Shown here piece by piece: positions 27,241 to 30,721 of a stretch of 30,721 nt of DNA. The notes below the pieces were generated by a model that was given only the letters and a program-made list of their open reading frames with translations, searched no databases and was not told the origin of the DNA. Location: NCBI GenBank assembly GCA_044222065.1, contig JBGAOA010000052.1, forward strand, positions 1 through 30,721. The letters run 5' to 3'. This stretch comes from Candidatus Eiseniibacteriota bacterium. GTDB taxonomy: Bacteria > Eisenbacteria > RBG-16-71-46. Position 1 is the first letter of the stretch. Each line of letters starts with the position of its first letter. Position numbers and translations under genes: made by a program.

Positions 27241-28074
27241 TCAACCCCCGAGCTTGCCCACCATGACGACGGGTCCGCCCGGGGCATCCGGGGTCGGCGC
27301 GCCGCCTTCGGCCTCGAGCGAGAGGCCGAACGCCGCGATCGCCTCGGCGCCCGCGACGTGGTCGAGCCGAACGATCGCGCGGCCGCTCGCATCCGCGCGC
27401 ACGAGCCCGAGGCTCTTGGCACCCGCGGCCGTGATGCCCCACAGCTCGTAGTCGTGGCCCGCGGGCGCGGTCGCGTTCTCGCATACGAGCACGGCGCGAC
27501 CGCTCGCGGGATCGAACGTCACGCGCGCGGCGATTCCGGTCTTCGCGTCGGGCGTCGGCGCGAGCGCGACGGTCTTCGCGCCGGGTGCATCCAGCAGTTG
27601 CGCCCACGCGCGCTCGTCGTCGAGCTGCTTCTGGAGCCGCGCCGCCTGCTCGCGCGCGGTCGCGAGCTGCGCGCCCAGTTCGTTCGACGCCCGCCACGCG
27701 AGCACGCTCGTCACGGCGAGCACCGCCGCGGCGGCCGCCCACGCGAGCGTGCCGAACGAGACGCGCGGACGCGGGCGCAGCGCGAGCGGCGGCTTCGGCG
27801 CCGCGGCACGCGCGGCCGCCGCGTCCGATGCCGTGCGCTTCGGCTCCGCCATCACCGCTTCGAGCACGCGCGTGCGCAGCGCCGCCGGGGCGCGATGCTG
27901 CGGCGCCGCGTGCGCGAGCAGCTCCGCGCCTTCCGAGAGCCGCGCGAGTTCCGCCTCGCACACCGGGCAGCCGGCGGCGAGATGCGCCTCGAGTTCCGCG
28001 CGCTCGGCGGGCTCGATCGCGCCGAGCACCATCGCGGCGCACAGCTCCAGGTGCTGTTCGCGATGCGCGCTCAC
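27241..28074 (-). CDS. Anti-sigma factor, RskA-like (zinc-binding N-terminus, TM helix, extracytoplasmic domain)
   Basis: GTGA overlap with the sigma stop. LGAIEPAERAELEAHLAAGCPVC, PAALRTRVL, TM AWAAAAAVLAV, DYELW, SLGLV and FGLSLEAEGG..P.GPVV. Confidence 0.88.
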   Translation of the reverse strand: MSAHREQHLELCAAMVLGAIEPAERAELEAHLAAGCPVCEAELARLSEGAELLAHAAPQHRAPAALRTRVLEAVMAEPKRTASDAAAARAAAPKPPLALRPRPRVSFGTLAWAAAAAVLAVTSVLAWRASNELGAQLATAREQAARLQKQLDDERAWAQLLDAPGAKTVALAPTPDAKTGIAARVTFDPASGRAVLVCENATAPAGHDYELWGITAAGAKSLGLVRADASGRAIVRLDHVAGAEAIAAFGLSLEAEGGAPTPDAPGGPVVMVGKLGG

Positions 28075-28640
28075 GACACGGCCTCCTCGCTCATCAGTTC
28101 GCGCAGGCGCAGGAGCCCCTGCCGCGTCCACGACTTCACGGTGCCGAGCGGCGCCGCGAGGCGCTCGCTCACCTCCGTCTGCGACAGGCCGCCGAAGTAG
28201 GCGAGTTCGAGCGCCTGCCGCTGCGGCGGGGCGAGGCGCTCGAGTGCGGCGCGCACGCGCGCAGACAGCATGCGCTGACCGGCTTCGACCGAAGCGTCGT
28301 CCGCCGGCGCGGCCGGCTCCGCGCCCGACGCGGTCTCGGCGCGGTCGCGCGAGGCGCGGCTGCGGATGCGGTCGATCGCGCGGCTCCGCACGAGCGTGAC
28401 GAGCCATGCGCCGACCGTGCCGCGCGCGGCGTCGAACGATCCGGCCGAGCGCCACGCCTGAACCCACGCCTCCTGCACGACGTCCTCCGCGTCCGCTGAG
28501 CGCCCCGTGATCCGGAGCGCCAGCGAGTACAGCAGGTCCCCGTGACGGTCGAGCAGCTCGGCGAGCGCGCGGGCGTCGCCGGCGCGCAGGCGCTCGATGC
28601 ACTCTCGATCGCGGCTGGGGTCGTGGATCGCAGGGCTCAC
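28071..28640 (-). CDS. ECF RNA polymerase sigma-70 factor, SigK-like
   Basis: GDARALAEL, AEDVVQE, FDAARG...WLVTLVRSRAIDRIR and LELAYFGGLSQTEVSERLAAPLGTVKS; GAGG RBS. Confidence 0.93.
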   Translation of the reverse strand: MSPAIHDPSRDRECIERLRAGDARALAELLDRHGDLLYSLALRITGRSADAEDVVQEAWVQAWRSAGSFDAARGTVGAWLVTLVRSRAIDRIRSRASRDRAETASGAEPAAPADDASVEAGQRMLSARVRAALERLAPPQRQALELAYFGGLSQTEVSERLAAPLGTVKSWTRQGLLRLRELMSEEAVS

Positions 28641-28660
28641 GGTTCCTCGCTGACGATCGG

Positions 28661-28690
28661 ACTACGGAGCGGCGCGCCGATCGGATGAGG
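28661..28690 (-). promoter_or_regulatory. Autoregulatory ECF promoter for the sigma/anti-sigma operon: TCATCC-N15-CCGTA
   Basis: The minus strand reads cctcatccgatcggcgcgccgctccgtagt and ends 20 nt before the sigma GTG. Confidence 0.8.
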
Positions 28691-28847
28691 CCCGCTCGCG
28701 GCGAGGCCCGTCCGGGTCGCGGCACGATAGGCATCGGCCGGGTCCCCGGCAAGCGCCGATCGCGGTATTGTCCGCGAGCCGAAGGACCGAAATCGCATCG
28801 GACCGAATCGCCCGGCGCGCCGCGCCGGACGTCGAAGGAGGAGTCAC

Positions 28848-30248
28848 GTGGGTCTGCTGATTCGTGGTGGTGAGGTCGTCACCGCGTCGGAGCGCTTTGC
28901 GGCCGACGTCCGGTGCGAGGGCGGAAAGATCGTGGCGCTCGGCGAGAAGCTCGCGCCCGCGACCGGCGACGAGACGATCGACGCGGCGGGCAAGCTCGTG
29001 ATGCCAGGATTCATCGATCCGCACGTCCACATGGAGCTGCCGTTCATGGGCACGGTGTCGGCGGACGACTTCGAATCGGGCACGGCCTCGGGGCTCGCGG
29101 GCGGCGTCACGTCCATCATCGACTTCTGCATTCCGGGCCGCGGCCAGTCACTGCTCGAAGGGCTCGAGATCTGGAAGCAGCGTTCGGCGAAGGCGTGTGC
29201 GGACTACACGTTCCATATGGCGATCACGGGCTGGGGCGAGAACACCGCCGCCGAGATGAAGGAAGTCGTCGAGAAGCACGGCATCACGTCGTTCAAGGTG
29301 TTCATGGCGTACAAGAACGCGATCATGGTCACCGACGACGAGCTGTACCAGGTGATGAAGACCGCGGCGCAGCTCGGCGCCGTCGTCACGGTGCACGCCG
29401 AGAACGGCGACGCGGTGTTCCACCGCCAGAACGAACTCGTGGCGGCGAAGAAGCTCGGGCCCGAGTACCACCCGGTCTCGCGCCCGAGCGAGGTCGAAGG
29501 CGAGGCGACGAACCGCGCGCTCATGATGGCGCGCCTGCACGGCGCGACCGCGTACATCGTGCACATGACCTGCCGCGAGGCCGTCGAGGCGCTCGTGCGC
29601 GCGAAGACCGAAGGTCAGCGCTGCTTCGGCGAGACGTGCCCGCAGTACTGGCTGCTCGACGACACCGTGTTCACGAAGCCCGACTTCGGCGGCTCCGCGT
29701 ACGTGATGAGCCCGCCGATCCGCCCGCGCGGCAAGGGCCACCACGAGTCGCTGTGGACGGCGTGCGCGAACGGCATGATCGACTCGGTCGGCACCGACCA
29801 CTGCCCGTTCACGCACGAGCAGAAGCGGATGGGCAAGGACAACTTCATGCTCATTCCGAACGGCGCCGCGGGCATCGAGGACCGCCTGTCGCTCATGCAC
29901 ACGTACGGCGTGGTCGAGGGGCGCTTCGACGTGCACCGCATGGTCGCGCTCGGCAGCACGAATCCGGCGCGCATCTTCGGGCTCGCGAACAAGGGCAAGG
30001 TCGCGGTCGGCGCGGATGCCGACCTCGTCGTGTTCGACCCGAACGCGAGCGGCACGCGCGGCGCGAAGCAGCACCACTCGCGCGCCGACCGCAGCGTGTT
30101 CGAGGGCTTCGCCGTGAAGGGCGCGCCGACGCACACGATCGCGGGCGGCAAGGTGCGCTACGCGAACGGCAAGTTGATGACCGAGAAGGGCGCCGGCCGC
30201 TTCATCGCGCGCAAGCCGAACCCGCTCGATCGCGGCAAGGGCGTTTGA
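28848..30248 (+). CDS. hydA: Dihydropyrimidinase (D-hydantoinase)
   Basis: AAGGAGGAG RBS. DPHVHMELPFMG, GGVTSIIDF, SFKVFMAYK, VHAENG, YIVH, YVMSPPIR, TDHCPF and IPNG. Confidence 0.95.
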   Translation: MGLLIRGGEVVTASERFAADVRCEGGKIVALGEKLAPATGDETIDAAGKLVMPGFIDPHVHMELPFMGTVSADDFESGTASGLAGGVTSIIDFCIPGRGQSLLEGLEIWKQRSAKACADYTFHMAITGWGENTAAEMKEVVEKHGITSFKVFMAYKNAIMVTDDELYQVMKTAAQLGAVVTVHAENGDAVFHRQNELVAAKKLGPEYHPVSRPSEVEGEATNRALMMARLHGATAYIVHMTCREAVEALVRAKTEGQRCFGETCPQYWLLDDTVFTKPDFGGSAYVMSPPIRPRGKGHHESLWTACANGMIDSVGTDHCPFTHEQKRMGKDNFMLIPNGAAGIEDRLSLMHTYGVVEGRFDVHRMVALGSTNPARIFGLANKGKVAVGADADLVVFDPNASGTRGAKQHHSRADRSVFEGFAVKGAPTHTIAGGKVRYANGKLMTEKGAGRFIARKPNPLDRGKGV

Positions 30249-30282
30249 CGCGAACGGCGGACGTCGCGCCGACGGAGGCCAG

Positions 30283-30721
30283 ATGGCGGAGCCGAAGCCG
30301 CTGGGCGAGATCCTCCTGGACAAGCAGGACCATGCCGCGCTCGATGCCCTGATCGCCGCCGTCGGCGCCGGGGATGCCGTGGCGTTTATCGGCGCAGGCA
30401 TGAGCGCACGCGTGAAGTACGACGACTGGTCCGGCCTGCTCGGAAAGCTGTGGGACGCCGCACGCAAGCGTGTGTCGAACGCGCAGTCGCTCGGCAATAC
30501 ACTCGAGAAGGACAGCGACATCACCTGGCGCGCGGACGTCTATCGAAGCTTGCTCTCGAACGAGGGGGAACGGGAGTACTTCCAGTTATTGCGCGAGCAC
30601 TTCGGACCCAACGGCAAGCGGGATGCGGCGCTCGATGCCATCGCGCGGCTGCCGTTCTCGCACTTCCTGACGACGAACTTCGACGGTTCGCTCGAAGAAG
30701 CGCTTGGTAGAGCGCATCCCG
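30283..30721 (+). CDS. SIR2-family (SIR2_2-type NADase-like) protein, 3' end outside window
   Basis: Not in the ORF track. GGAGG RBS, then MAEPKPL...DAVAFIGAGMSARVKYDDWSGLLGKL...IARLPFSHFLTTNFDGSLEEAL, carrying the GAGxS, WxxL and TTNFD motifs. Confidence 0.85.
   Translation, partial: MAEPKPLGEILLDKQDHAALDALIAAVGAGDAVAFIGAGMSARVKYDDWSGLLGKLWDAARKRVSNAQSLGNTLEKDSDITWRADVYRSLLSNEGEREYFQLLREHFGPNGKRDAALDAIARLPFSHFLTTNFDGSLEEALGRAHP

Noticed and set aside
27091..28690. The two 30-bp repeats as att sites, transposon ends or CRISPR repeats
   Set aside because: There are only two copies and no integrase, transposase or cas gene. Mismatches are confined to the spacer of a -35/-10 layout, so a promoter explains them better.
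1..30721. tRNA, rRNA, CRISPR array, IS element or known purine/xanthine/guanidine riboswitch
   Set aside because: None recognised by eye; intergenic regions are short. An Infernal/tRNAscan run would be needed to exclude them formally.

Overview
Very GC-rich bacterial DNA, nearly all coding. The FlgD-Ig-like C-terminal domain on one protein would fit Candidatus Eisenbacteria or a similar lineage, but that is inference. The backbone is a nucleobase-catabolism supercluster. The purine arm has a three-subunit xanthine dehydrogenase, uraH, uraD, allantoinase allB, an allantoate amidohydrolase, allE and a divergent HpcH/CitE-fold enzyme. The reductive pyrimidine arm has dihydropyrimidinase, a nitrilase-type beta-ureidopropionase and malonate/methylmalonate semialdehyde dehydrogenase. 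Interleaved are an OppA lipoprotein, cydAB, a GH-A-like lipoprotein, TPR+GT4, NAGPA-like+NUDIX genes, a VOC protein, a lower-GC matrixin-like protease, and a SigK/RskA-like ECF module with a fasciclin gene. The most notable observations are: (1) a translationally coupled pair of a GlnD/GlnE-like nucleotidyltransferase and an endonuclease-IV-like metal TIM barrel inside the purine genes, a candidate writer/eraser or defence module; (2) an exact 19-bp tandem duplication that frameshifts the allantoate amidohydrolase; (3) a 26/30-identical ECF promoter upstream of both the sigma gene and the fasciclin gene; (4) a SIR2-family gene, missing from the ORF track, directly after dihydropyrimidinase; (5) no recognisable uricase or ureidoglycolate lyase in the window. 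All family assignments come from motif recognition by eye, not database searches.
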